44,992 bases of DNA from Candidatus Sericytochromatia bacterium (GCA_040400605.1 JBBAPZ010000023.1:1-44992); one strand, 5' to 3'. Shown: positions 19,484-29,687, counted from the first letter of the stretch. Made by a program: numbers and translations. The notes: a model not told the origin generated them from the sequence alone.

Positions 19484-21685
19484 CTACGGCTGTTGGTGGG
19501 GAGCCTTAAACGTCTTGAGGCGCAAGGAATTGAGGACCACCACGATGGAGCTGATTGCCATGGCGACGCCGGTGGTGGCGGGTGCCATCGTGAGCGGGAA
19601 GAGTCCGCTGGCCAAGGGCAATGCACAGACATTGTAAGCGAAGGCCCAGAAGAGATTTTGGCGCATCAGCGTGACGACGCGACGCGCCAAGGCGATCGCC
19701 CCTGACACGGGCGCCAATCCATCCTTCAACAGCGTCACCTCCGCTGCTTCAAGGGCCATGTCTTTCCCGTGGCGCATCGCAATGCCGACACTGGCTGCCG
19801 CGAGGGCCGGCGCGTCGTTGATGCCATCTCCCACCATGCCCACACGGTGACCCTTGGCCTGGTATTGTGCGATGTGCGCCACTTTGTCTTTGGGAAGCAG
19901 GCGGCCATGGCGTTCCGTGATACCCAGGCTGGTGCCGATGACGTCCGCGACGGGGGTTGCATCCCCGCTCAACAAGATGGTTTTAAGGCCCTGCTGGTGA
20001 AGGGTGGCGATAATGGCCGCGGCTTCCGGTCGTGGTGGGTCTGACAGTGTCAACAATCCGATGCAAACCCCTTCGAGGGATACCACCACCGGGGTTTCAC
20101 CGGGATGGATGAGGGTGTTGATGCGCTGTGCGGTCTCATCGCTCAAAAACTGCAGGCTTTTAAGCCACTCCGGTTTGCCGATTGTTACCAGTTGATCCCC
20201 AACCAGCGCGGTGAGGCCGAAGCCTGGATGCGCCTCAAAGTGGGTGGGCGATGCCGGCTGGATGCCCGCTTGGCGTGCCGCTTGAACGATGGCTTGGGAG
20301 ATGGGATGCTCGGAGGGGGTTTCCGCAGCGGCGGCAATGGCCAGGATGCTGGATTCCGTCTGATCCGACAACGGCACGATCCGCGTGACGGCCATCTTGC
20401 CGGTGGTTAGGGTGCCTGTTTTGTCGAAGGCGAGCGTATCGAGTTGGGCAAGGTGTTCCCAGGCGCGCGCATCACGCACGAGGAAGCCGTTGCGGGCTGC
20501 GATGCCGGTGGCCAACGCGATTGCAACCGGAGTGGCAAGGCCCAGTGCGCAGGGGCAGGCGACGACCAGGACGCTGATGACGTGGGTGAGGGTTTTCTCC
20601 CAAGGCGCGTTGCCTAATGCGTGGAACACGGCTGTCAAACCCGCAAGGAGAATCACTGCGGGAACGAAGCGCGCGACGACCCGATCGCCCAGGCGCTGCA
20701 TGGGTGCTTTGGATGCTTGGGCATCTTGGACCAGGCGTGCGATGTGCATCAGGGTGGTTTGTTCGCCCACTTCGGTGGCTTCCATCAGGACGCCGCCGGT
20801 GCCGTTAATGGCCCCGGCAAGGATGCGATCACCTGGCACCGCCCGAATGGGATGGCTCTCACCTGTCAGCATCGCAAGGTCGAGATGGGTTTGGCCATCC
20901 ATGATCGTGCCGTCCACCGGTACGCGCTCGCCCGGGTGAACCCGTATGCGATCGCCCACCATCACCTGCTCGATTGGCACCCACCATTCGCCCCGTTCCG
21001 TGACGATCAAGGCTTGATCCGGCACCTGCCCAAGCAAAGCGGTCAACACCGCTTGCGCCTCGTTTTTGGCTCGGTCCTCCAACCATCGCCCGAACAGCAC
21101 GGCAGTCGGCACCATTGCGATCGCATCCAGATACAAGCCGACCTCCTGATGAGACGCGCCCATCAGGACACCCACGCTACTGCCCAACCAGGCGGCGCCC
21201 AAACCGAGCGCAACGAGGGCATCCATACCCACGTGACCGTGCCTGGCCTGCTTGAGTGCGGTGACAAAAAATGCACGTGCCGGTCCGCCCAACATGGCCG
21301 TGGCGATCGCAAGCGACACCCAGTGCGGCGCACGCAAAAACCCATGCATGAGCACCATGGCCACAACCGCGAGACCGCCAGCCTGGACCCATTCCTCTTC
21401 GAACCACGCACGCCGGGCTGCCGGTTGAGCTAACAGAGCACCCCCAGACACCATGGCCTCGGCTTGATAACCTGCTTGCGCCAACCGCGAATGGATGCCC
21501 TCAATGCTTGCACGCGCAGCGTCGTAGTCGATGGTTGCCTGGTGGGTGATCCCATTGACCCTTGCGCCAACGACCCCCGGTACCCCGCCAAGCACCGTTT
21601 CAATCCGCGACACGCACGCCGCACAGTGGATCGGGCCAACCCGTAACACGGTGCGCGTTATGTCGGTAGCAGCACCGGATGGCAT
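19484..21685 (-). CDS. copA: Heavy-metal P1B-type ATPase, probably Cu(I) (CopA-like)
   Basis: HMA motif HCAAC, TGES, ACPCALGLATP, DKTGTLT, SEHP and GDGINDAP. TM YN and MAISS are P1B-1 signatures. Confidence 0.88.
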   Translation of the reverse strand: MPSGAATDITRTVLRVGPIHCAACVSRIETVLGGVPGVVGARVNGITHQATIDYDAARASIEGIHSRLAQAGYQAEAMVSGGALLAQPAARRAWFEEEWVQAGGLAVVAMVLMHGFLRAPHWVSLAIATAMLGGPARAFFVTALKQARHGHVGMDALVALGLGAAWLGSSVGVLMGASHQEVGLYLDAIAMVPTAVLFGRWLEDRAKNEAQAVLTALLGQVPDQALIVTERGEWWVPIEQVMVGDRIRVHPGERVPVDGTIMDGQTHLDLAMLTGESHPIRAVPGDRILAGAINGTGGVLMEATEVGEQTTLMHIARLVQDAQASKAPMQRLGDRVVARFVPAVILLAGLTAVFHALGNAPWEKTLTHVISVLVVACPCALGLATPVAIALATGIAARNGFLVRDARAWEHLAQLDTLAFDKTGTLTTGKMAVTRIVPLSDQTESSILAIAAAAETPSEHPISQAIVQAARQAGIQPASPTHFEAHPGFGLTALVGDQLVTIGKPEWLKSLQFLSDETAQRINTLIHPGETPVVVSLEGVCIGLLTLSDPPRPEAAAIIATLHQQGLKTILLSGDATPVADVIGTSLGITERHGRLLPKDKVAHIAQYQAKGHRVGMVGDGINDAPALAAASVGIAMRHGKDMALEAAEVTLLKDGLAPVSGAIALARRVVTLMRQNLFWAFAYNVCALPLASGLFPLTMAPATTGVAMAISSIVVVLNSLRLKTFKAPHQQP

Positions 21686-21922
21686 CACGCATCTCCAAGT
21701 CTTATCAGGCCCAAATGCCCTCACTGCGACGGAATCGCGTTGCGGACCATCGACAGTTTACCTGATGGAATCGCGGAAACGATACCCACATGCATTGATT
21801 TGTGGCCAGATTTTAGCTGGCGACAGGCTATCAGCAGGGGCTTTCCCGAAGTTTTTGCAGTTGCTGCAAAAGCTTTTAACAAAAAAACCGATGCGTCACT
21901 GTATCAGGAAAATTTGCGTGAT

Positions 21923-21958
21923 AAAAAACACACGGCCCACCGATTGTGAGCCGTGTGT
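21923..21958 (-). terminator. Intrinsic terminator
   Basis: On the minus strand, an ACACACGGCTCAC-loop-GTGGGCCGTGTGT hairpin is followed by a T-run, about 30 bp after the stop at 21990. Confidence 0.75.
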
Positions 21959-21989
21959 CGTTCTGCTTGTGCCTTGTCGATGGGGGATA

Positions 21990-23645
21990 TCACATTTTCG
22001 GAGTCGGCCGATAATAATGGGTGAGGTGGGCATACACTTGATACAGGGGGGCGACGCTGTCTTGTTGAATTGTTGTCTCGCTCACCCAGGCGGTCCGTCC
22101 GGTGTAGGAGTCGTGGATCCGAAACTCCCGGTTTGGACGCTGCCCCCTGATGGCACTCGCCAGCATGAAGTGCGCCTGCTCAGCCCCTTCGCCCGGCTTG
22201 TTCCAGATCAAGCGCAAAGGCACGTCATACCCTTGCTTGAGGCTCTGTTCAATGCCGTCCAGGCTCTCCTCCATGTTGCTTGTGTCTTGCACGGTGTAAG
22301 TTGCAGCCGTGATGGGGGAGAGCTTGTCGTTTAGCAGATACAGGATTCCGATGCCCCGTCCCCCGGTAGCCCCCCGCGGCACGGCCAGGCCACCGTATTC
22401 TTCCAGCCAGGTTTTTTGTAAGTCTGCCAAGTTTTTGTTGGCGCCAAACGGGTCAACCTTGTTTACCACATACAGCTTGTTCAGTTCCCACGCATACCGG
22501 GGATCCTGTTCACCGACCGCGCTGAGAACCAGCGATGGTCCGCAGGCATCTTGCCACTGTTGGGTGAGATCCGGGTCATCCCGCATGGTCGTTTTTGCGA
22601 TTAAAAACGCATCGGATAGCCCCCTGATTTCGGCGGCGAATGCGGTCACGTTTTCCCAAGGCTCGCTTGCAGCCAATGCTTTAAGAATCAGGATTGCCTC
22701 AGTGCGGCTTTGACACAGGTTAATGAGGTTGGCCAGGGTTTGCCGGGAACCTGACCCCCACGCCTCCAGCATGCTGTTAAAGCGTGTCGTGTGCACGGAA
22801 CTGAGGAGATCACGGGTTTCGCCTTCGGCCAGAAGATTTGGGAGATCCGCGCCCATTGCGGCAGATGGAATGGGGCCAAGAGACGGTGCCAGCGAGCCAG
22901 CCGGCAAGGGTGCCGGGGCAGACGAAGGCGGTGGCGTGGGCGTCGGGGCCGGACGCACGCTGCCGGATGGTACGGGCGTGATGACGACAGCAGGCGACGC
23001 TTGCGGCGCAAAGTTCCCCACGCCGCTTGGCATCGGAGTCGGAGCCGGCGTCCAAAGGGGGGGCGGTGGCGTCGCGGGCAATTCGGATGCCAAGACGGGC
23101 ACACTCGGCATACCACCTGACTGCGACAGCGGCGCGGCAGGCGACGTAGACGTTGCCACACGTGGACTCACCCGCTTGAGTTGGGTGCGCACCTGCTGCG
23201 TCTTGCCGGCCTCCATCGAGACGCGCACCACATTCTCCGCCGTTAACAGCCCGGCATCATCATAAGCACTGAAGCGCAACTCATAGGTACCAACCGTCAC
23301 ACCCGCGAATCGGAACACGGGCTTCCCGTTCACGAAATCAGCGCGCAATTGTTCCTGTTGGCCAATCAATTGCGTCTCGGTACCTGTCACACGAAACAAC
23401 TGTGCCACCACACGCGCCGGTCGCGTCGTGGTCGTCAGCAGATTGAATGCAGCATCCAGCCAATCCAGCTCAACAGTCAACGTACTGGTTGCGGGAGCGA
23501 CGCCAATCAGCGCCTCGCTGCGCGAGGCACCAACGGTGCGGCTTGGGTCACCCGACTTCAATACCCATGTCGACGTGGGTGCGCCAGCCTGACACCCCAT
23601 CAGCAAGATAGCCAATATTGTTACAGCGTTGCCGCGAAGCGTCAC
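21990..23645 (-). CDS. Lipoprotein with Ig-like N-domain, Pro-rich stalk and putative C39/papain-like peptidase domain
   Basis: AAGGAGG precedes the GTG at 23645. Lipobox LMGC. C-terminal QQWQDACGPS ... AHFML ... IHDSYTG. Confidence 0.7.
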   Translation of the reverse strand: MTLRGNAVTILAILLMGCQAGAPTSTWVLKSGDPSRTVGASRSEALIGVAPATSTLTVELDWLDAAFNLLTTTTRPARVVAQLFRVTGTETQLIGQQEQLRADFVNGKPVFRFAGVTVGTYELRFSAYDDAGLLTAENVVRVSMEAGKTQQVRTQLKRVSPRVATSTSPAAPLSQSGGMPSVPVLASELPATPPPPLWTPAPTPMPSGVGNFAPQASPAVVITPVPSGSVRPAPTPTPPPSSAPAPLPAGSLAPSLGPIPSAAMGADLPNLLAEGETRDLLSSVHTTRFNSMLEAWGSGSRQTLANLINLCQSRTEAILILKALAASEPWENVTAFAAEIRGLSDAFLIAKTTMRDDPDLTQQWQDACGPSLVLSAVGEQDPRYAWELNKLYVVNKVDPFGANKNLADLQKTWLEEYGGLAVPRGATGGRGIGILYLLNDKLSPITAATYTVQDTSNMEESLDGIEQSLKQGYDVPLRLIWNKPGEGAEQAHFMLASAIRGQRPNREFRIHDSYTGRTAWVSETTIQQDSVAPLYQVYAHLTHYYRPTPKM

Positions 23646-24211
23646 GCGGTCCTCCTTCACCCCATCTTGTCGACGTGTGTGATCGTCTTCGTTCCTCTCT
23701 GTACCCCACCTGCCTGATTTAGCACAAAATAAACCTTTTATCGGGGGTGCATTGGTGCCGTCTTTAACACACTTTAATCTGGTGCGATCCCGCCTCCGGG
23801 AATGCAACGAAACACGACACGAGGCATCGGAAAGCAAACACCAGAGTAAGCCGCCTGGCAAGCGCCGCCGTGAAAGGCGGGAGCGAATGTCAGGCGAATG
23901 GCCAAACAGTTGCTCCGCGGAACGAGTGAGGACGGTTCAGCGGGGTTGCACGCTCAAACAGGCATCAAAAATTGATTTTACGTGTTAAGCGTGTTGCGGC
24001 GTGTGAAATGGCTGCTTTGGCCTCGCCTGGTTTAATCCGTCAATGTCACACCCGGACGAAGTCAGGCTTACGCGGGATATCCCATCGGTAGCTGAATGGC
24101 GTCAGGCGTCACGGACCATATTCCGTATGTTACAGCACGGACACGATCTGATGTCGCTGCCTTCGACCCGCAGTTTGCGCTTGCTGCCCCATGCTTGCTC
24201 CCACCGATTAC

Positions 24212-24949
24212 TTAAAAATTAATGTCGTATTTGGGGAGCACTTTGTCGAATTTGCTGCCGATCGCCCGTGACCCTATCGGGGCGATCACGAACATCGTCC
24301 CCACAAAACTTAAGAAGCCAGCCACCGCACGCGGCGCTTTCAAAGCCAGCAAGCCTATCACACCCAATGCCTTGAGGGGGTTTTTCGCTACCCAGCCCAT
24401 GGCGTTTTCAATCGGCTTACCCAAATACTTGTGCGCGGGATCGCCCACAAACCGAACAAAGGGGTCCGCGATCGCCTTGGCTCCCTTCTCCGGAATCCGC
24501 TTGGCCAACTCACGCACCATCGGGTACCCAAACGAGCGATTAGTCAATTCATAACCCAACATCCCTGCTGTCATACCAGCGGCAGTGCTCACGAACCGAC
24601 CAACCCCTGCGACCAAACCAGGTACCGGTACGCCCCTGAAAACCGTTTTGGCGGCACCATTCAACGCTGCCGCGGTCAATCCACTCGCCACCACCCAGCC
24701 CACGAAAGTCACCGACTTGGTCAGCACGCCTGCCGCATATTCACTCGCCGTCCGCTTGCCGAGCTTGTACTTTTGATTGTCGAACAAGGCTTCGCTGGGC
24801 ACGTTGCCCAAAGCACCCGCTTTGAGGTTGCTCACAAACTCATCCGCGTCGAACTTGCCGCCGCCAACCAGCACACTCTGAGCTCGGTTAGCCAACGAAG
24901 GCGGCTTACCTACCGTCGGTTGCGGTCTGCTTTGATCAACGGTCGTCAT
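24212..24949 (-). CDS. Hypothetical Gly/Ala-rich membrane-associated protein
   Basis: AAGGAG RBS precedes MTTV at 24949 (ORF open to 24991). Several amphipathic or hydrophobic helices and no signal peptide. Confidence 0.7.
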   Translation of the reverse strand: MTTVDQSRPQPTVGKPPSLANRAQSVLVGGGKFDADEFVSNLKAGALGNVPSEALFDNQKYKLGKRTASEYAAGVLTKSVTFVGWVVASGLTAAALNGAAKTVFRGVPVPGLVAGVGRFVSTAAGMTAGMLGYELTNRSFGYPMVRELAKRIPEKGAKAIADPFVRFVGDPAHKYLGKPIENAMGWVAKNPLKALGVIGLLALKAPRAVAGFLSFVGTMFVIAPIGSRAIGSKFDKVLPKYDINF

Positions 24950-25070
24950 CGAAGCGGCTCTCCTTCTCTCGTGCTGATTGTCTTGTCCCACGAAATGGGC
25001 CCCGGCTTTCGTAAAGAGGCTGTTATTTAATCAAAAATTATTATATTTAACAGACTTTTGACAATTGGGA

Positions 25071-27008
25071 TCAGGGGTTGGTTGGGGTAGTCATTTCGTG
25101 CAGGAATCGGGAGGGGGTGACGTCCTTGTTTTGGCCGAATCGGGTGCGAACGCGACCGTAGCTGAGGTTGAGAGAGGTGCGTGCGCGGGTGATGGCGACG
25201 TAGGCGAGGCGGCGTTCTTCGGCGAGGTCGCCGTCATCGAGTGCGATTTGGTAGGGCAAAAGTCCTTCTTCGAGTCCGGTGACAAAGACGGCGTCCCATT
25301 CGAGTCCTTTTGCTGCGTGGATGGTGAGGAGGTGGACGGCACCGGTGCGTTTGTCGCTTTTGCGGGGTTGGGTGGCGGCTTGTATGCGGTCGAAGAGGTC
25401 GCGGATGGAGTTGGGGTTCCAGCGTTTGATTTGGGCGTGCATGGCGCTGAGGGCGTCGAGTCGTTGGGCGTTGGCTTGATCTTTTTTCTTTTCAAGTTGG
25501 GATTTGTATTGGGTTTGGGTGATGATGGTGAGGTAGAGTTGTTCGATGGGGCCGTTGAAGCGTTGCCAGGCGTTGATCATGCCAAGCACGTGTTTGATGA
25601 GGCCTTTTTGCGCGAGGGTTGGCAAAGGAATCTGGTCAACTTGGTAGCAGGCGCTGAGTAGGTCAGTTTGTTGATTTTCGGCTGCGGCTTTGAGGATGAC
25701 CATGGCTTCGCGGGCGAGGCCGAGTTTGCCGAGGAGTTTTTCGAGTGCGAGTTCGGCGAGCGGGTGACGGCTGCGCATGGCAAGGCGCATGTAGGAGAGG
25801 GTTTCGGCGATTTCGGCCTGTTCGTAAAAGTTGCTGCTTTTTTTGACGGTGAAGGGGATGTTGCGGGAGGCGAGGGCGTCCATGTAGGGCATGCTTTGGG
25901 CGTGGGTGCGAAACAGGATGGCGATTTCGTCGGGGAGGATGCCTGAGCGGATGTGTTCGGTGATGCGATCCGCAATGGCCTCCGCCTCCGCGAAATTATC
26001 AGCAAACTGGCTGACCAGCACGCTTTGGGCAGAGCCAGGTTTGTGGGCGCGGATGGTTTTGTCGATGCGTCCCGAATTGTGGGTGATCAAGCGGTTGGCG
26101 AGGTCCACAATCTGTGGCGTGGACCGGTAGTTGGTTTCAAGCAGGATTTCGGTTGTGCCGGCGTAATCTTTTTTGAAATCCAGAATGTTGTTGAGGTCCG
26201 CCGCCCGAAAGCCGTAAATGCCCTGGGCGTCGTCTCCTACGGCAAACAGGTTGTTTTGGGGTGCTGCGAGCAGGCGCAACAATTCGTATTGGGCCCTGTT
26301 GGTATCCTGATACTCGTCAACCAGGACGTGGGTGAGGCGTTGTTGCCATTCCGCGGCGATTGCCGGCACGGTCTGCAACAGGCGTACACTTAAATTGATC
26401 TGATCATCAAAGTCGATCAGATTCTGCTTCACCAGACGCGCCTGATACGCCTGATACAACTGCGCGTAGCGCACCTCCGCGGGATCCGCACTATGACGCT
26501 TGATCGCCTCCGGATACACCAACATGCTCTTGGCCCGCGAAATGAACAACGCCAAATCATCAAACCGCACATCCGCCGCAGACTGCTCACGCACCAAAAT
26601 GTCAAAAATGGCCCGCTGCGTCGACGGCATCACCAAATGCGGCTTATCCCCCGGATAACCCAACACCCGATAGTTGCCTTCCAAAATCTTGAGACAAATC
26701 GAATGAAAGGTCCCAATCAACAACCGCTCGGTCACCGCCTTCCCACCCGCGGCCTTCGCCACTCGCGCCGCCATCTCCGTCGCCGCCTTCTTCGTGAACG
26801 TCACCGCAACGATCGCCTCAGGCGCAATGCCGGTCTCCAGCATATAGGCAATACGCCGCGTCAGTACCGTCGTCTTGCCACTGCCAGGCGCCGCAACCAC
26901 CAGTACGGGACCCGACACCGTCGTCACCGCCCGCTTCTGCGCCCCATTCAAGCCATCCAACAACACGCCAGACGCAGACGAACCACCCAGCAAAGACAAT
27001 TGCGTCAC
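25071..27008 (-). CDS. SF1A ATP-dependent DNA helicase, UvrD/PcrA/Rep family
   Basis: APGSGKT, VTFTKKAA, GTFHS, VDEYQDTN, VGDDAQGIYGFR, NYRST, TIHAAKGLEW and EERRLAYVAITRA. Confidence 0.95.
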   Translation of the reverse strand: MTQLSLLGGSSASGVLLDGLNGAQKRAVTTVSGPVLVVAAPGSGKTTVLTRRIAYMLETGIAPEAIVAVTFTKKAATEMAARVAKAAGGKAVTERLLIGTFHSICLKILEGNYRVLGYPGDKPHLVMPSTQRAIFDILVREQSAADVRFDDLALFISRAKSMLVYPEAIKRHSADPAEVRYAQLYQAYQARLVKQNLIDFDDQINLSVRLLQTVPAIAAEWQQRLTHVLVDEYQDTNRAQYELLRLLAAPQNNLFAVGDDAQGIYGFRAADLNNILDFKKDYAGTTEILLETNYRSTPQIVDLANRLITHNSGRIDKTIRAHKPGSAQSVLVSQFADNFAEAEAIADRITEHIRSGILPDEIAILFRTHAQSMPYMDALASRNIPFTVKKSSNFYEQAEIAETLSYMRLAMRSRHPLAELALEKLLGKLGLAREAMVILKAAAENQQTDLLSACYQVDQIPLPTLAQKGLIKHVLGMINAWQRFNGPIEQLYLTIITQTQYKSQLEKKKDQANAQRLDALSAMHAQIKRWNPNSIRDLFDRIQAATQPRKSDKRTGAVHLLTIHAAKGLEWDAVFVTGLEEGLLPYQIALDDGDLAEERRLAYVAITRARTSLNLSYGRVRTRFGQNKDVTPSRFLHEMTTPTNP

Positions 27009-27029
27009 AATTTCCCCCCCGAAAGCGCC

Positions 27030-27326
27030 TCAGGACTCAAAACCTTCCGTTAAATCCAATTCTGCCCGTCCCGGTAACGCCTGCGGCAACAACGCCAACA
27101 AAGACGCCCGCTCCGCTGACGTCAAACGGGCCGTCGTCCCCTCACGCTGATGCCGAAACGGAATCCCCAACGATTCCAACGCCGCTTCGATCCGGCGCAC
27201 ATCCTTCTTGCGCTCTTGCACTTTCATCTCGGCCGTAACGGGTGACACCCCCTCAGCCTCCAAATCGTCAGCGAAACGCTGGGGGACAAACAATTGATAC
27301 ATGACCGATCTGACCGACCTTTCCAA
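27030..27326 (-). CDS. Small hypothetical protein, probably co-transcribed with the helicase
   Basis: 90-98 aa ORF (alternative start 27302) ending 21 bp before the helicase start. Confidence 0.65.
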   Translation of the reverse strand: MERSVRSVMYQLFVPQRFADDLEAEGVSPVTAEMKVQERKKDVRRIEAALESLGIPFRHQREGTTARLTSAERASLLALLPQALPGRAELDLTEGFES

Positions 27327-27451
27327 CTTCCTTATACTTTACTTAAAAAATATTTAATTTTATGACACGAAGGACGCAAGTTTTTAACTAAACCATTTAA
27401 TAATACCTTATCTTGAACTTCTTCCTACTTTAATTTTGAGGAGGGTACACC

Positions 27452-28348
27452 TTGCGTCGACTGATTGCGATAATGGCTGTTCTGGTGGCGTCGGGTTGTG
27501 GCATAGCGGGGCAGGGTGTGCTTCAGGGCGCCAATGGTGCGTTGGAGGTCGCTAAGACTCGGCGTGGCGCGGTATCGAAGCTGCCTCACGGTTTGGGTTG
27601 TCGTCTGGATGGGTTGAAGCGTTTGGTGAATGACGACCGTGCCTTGATGGCTGCGGGTGATCGTTCGCAGCGGGTGGATCTCCGCCCACAGTGTTCGCCG
27701 ATCAGTGATCAAGGGGCCAGCAGCGCCTGTGTCGGCTTCGCCACCGTAGACGGCTTGGGAGAGTTTTTGGCCAAAAAGCAGGGGCGTCCAATGGACCTCT
27801 CCCCACGCTACATCTGGAACCTGGCGCGTGCGCATGACAAGAGCCTGAATGAAAACACCGGGACCTGGCCGCACGTGGCATTCAAGCTCGCCGACAATCT
27901 GGGCTTTGCCGAGGAGCAGGCGTTTCCTTTTCCGACCCGGGCGCAGCAGAAGGACGAGGCTGTTTTCCTGAAGTTTTTCAGCGAGAAGCCACCGACTGCG
28001 CTTGAGACGGCTGCCAAACGCAACCGCTTGATGCGCGGCTTCAAGCCGATTTATTCAGTGTCCGGCATGAAAAAATCCATTGATGATGGCTTGCCAGTCG
28101 TGTTTGGTGTCGTCGTGTTTCCAAGTTTCATGGAAACTGGTTCAGATGGCATGATTCCGATGCCGCGGCGGGGTGAAAAAGATGAAGGCGGCCATGCAAT
28201 CGTATGCGTCGGCTATGACAACGAACGGCGTCATTTCATCATTCGCAACTCGTGGGGCACGTCTTGGGGCGACAAAGGCTACGGCTATTTGCCTTTTGAC
28301 TTTGTCAAAGCCGGCTTCGCCTACGAGGGCATGACCGCCAAGTTGTAG
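27452..28348 (+). CDS. Papain-family (C1A) cysteine protease, lipoprotein
   Basis: GAGGAGG RBS and lipobox ASGC. VDLR, DQG...ACVGFA (Q/C), GGHAIVCVGY (H) and IRNSWG.SWGDKGY (N). Confidence 0.93.
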   Translation: MRRLIAIMAVLVASGCGIAGQGVLQGANGALEVAKTRRGAVSKLPHGLGCRLDGLKRLVNDDRALMAAGDRSQRVDLRPQCSPISDQGASSACVGFATVDGLGEFLAKKQGRPMDLSPRYIWNLARAHDKSLNENTGTWPHVAFKLADNLGFAEEQAFPFPTRAQQKDEAVFLKFFSEKPPTALETAAKRNRLMRGFKPIYSVSGMKKSIDDGLPVVFGVVVFPSFMETGSDGMIPMPRRGEKDEGGHAIVCVGYDNERRHFIIRNSWGTSWGDKGYGYLPFDFVKAGFAYEGMTAKL

Positions 28349-28616
28349 ACCATGTGCGATGATTCCCGCCCTTGTTCGATACCTCATTGAATCAAGGGAT
28401 GCTTGAATCAACCCGTGTTGTGGCTGTTTGGGCGTTTTTTGCCTGCCAATCGATTCCGCTTTTTTTGAACGAACTGGTTTGAAGTGACAAGGCGATCCAG
28501 AAACGTGTTGGTTGTCAAAGAAGCGACACGGGTTGTTTTTCAGACGGGTGGCAGTGGTTCGGTCCGACGACGGGTTTGCAGCGAGCAGCGGCTTTTTGCG
28601 CTGCTTGCTTGGTTGC

Positions 28617-29636
28617 TCAGTCCAAGAGGGCCAGCTCGCGTGCGCGTGCGGCGATCGCCTGATAGATGTCGCCCAGGCGGGTAACAGGATCGGCGGGCGA
28701 TCGCCAAAAAGGTGGTCGTCCGAGCCGTTTGGCCGTGACACCGGGAAATGGGGGTGGCGTAATGCTGATGGCCACAGCATCCAGTTCGTCCCCGGCCTGC
28801 CAAAAGCGAAAGGGTTCGAGCACAGCGGGATCCTTGGTATCAAGGTCCCCCGGAAGTACCTGGGCTTCCGCTGCGCGTTGCTCGCGTAACATGGCCAGAA
28901 AATGTTCCCGATTTTTGCCACGCAATTGCAGCAACAAAAAGGGATCCTCATCCAGCTTGGTGCCAATTGACAGCAAGACCGCGGCGACGTGTTGGCAAGG
29001 CGTCTGGACATGAGCGCAGCCACATTGGGTGTGCCAAGCCTCTTTCTGCCGGGGATAGAGGGATGCGTAAGCGGCCGTGAAACAGTCCTCGATGTCGGGA
29101 GGAAGCTCACCGGCGAGTAATTGGGCGGTGAAAAGGGCGTCTTGATAACTGATGATTTCGATGATGAGGTGCCAATCCCGCTCAGGCAGGACATCGATTG
29201 TGACCGTCACGTCGTAGGGCAATGTGCGCGAACCCTGTACACGGGCTCGGACGGTGTTGTCATCGAATTGGAGCGCAAGGATGCGCTCGGAGTCGGCATA
29301 CACCTTGCCGCTGCTGAGGCGATTTTTCCAAGGCAGGCGCTGGAGGGTGTTGAGCCATTGATCGCTCCACCACGCTTCGGGGCGGCGAATGGCGACGGGC
29401 TGGTCGACTTTGCGTGTCGTGATACGCGCATCACGGCCACCGGGGCGTACCCGGCGCGCCCGGCCGTTTGCCTGTTGCGTACGACGCGCACCGGTCGCGC
29501 TCGCAGGCACTTCAGGTGCTGCGGCGTCGCGTGGGCGTTGCTTGCGATTGCGGTTGCCGCCGTGATGCGACCGTCGGTGACGGGTGCCACCCTGGGAGCC
29601 TTCCAGGGTGTGTGCGGCGTCTGGTTTGCCTTCCAT
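28617..29636 (-). CDS. SWIM zinc-finger protein, SNF2-associated
   Basis: WW...W, ARVQGSR..PY, CGC-x6-CQH and DPFLLLQLRG. Confidence 0.9.
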   Translation of the reverse strand: MEGKPDAAHTLEGSQGGTRHRRSHHGGNRNRKQRPRDAAAPEVPASATGARRTQQANGRARRVRPGGRDARITTRKVDQPVAIRRPEAWWSDQWLNTLQRLPWKNRLSSGKVYADSERILALQFDDNTVRARVQGSRTLPYDVTVTIDVLPERDWHLIIEIISYQDALFTAQLLAGELPPDIEDCFTAAYASLYPRQKEAWHTQCGCAHVQTPCQHVAAVLLSIGTKLDEDPFLLLQLRGKNREHFLAMLREQRAAEAQVLPGDLDTKDPAVLEPFRFWQAGDELDAVAISITPPPFPGVTAKRLGRPPFWRSPADPVTRLGDIYQAIAARARELALLD

Positions 29637-29687
29637 CCAGAATTCCTTCTTGCTGGTGAACGTGGGCCCAATCGTAGGGGATGCGAA

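Noticed and set aside
9901..23967. 13-bp repeat CAAACAGGCATCA at 9901 and 23955
   Set aside because: Several 13-mer matches are expected by chance in 45 kb, and the match does not extend.
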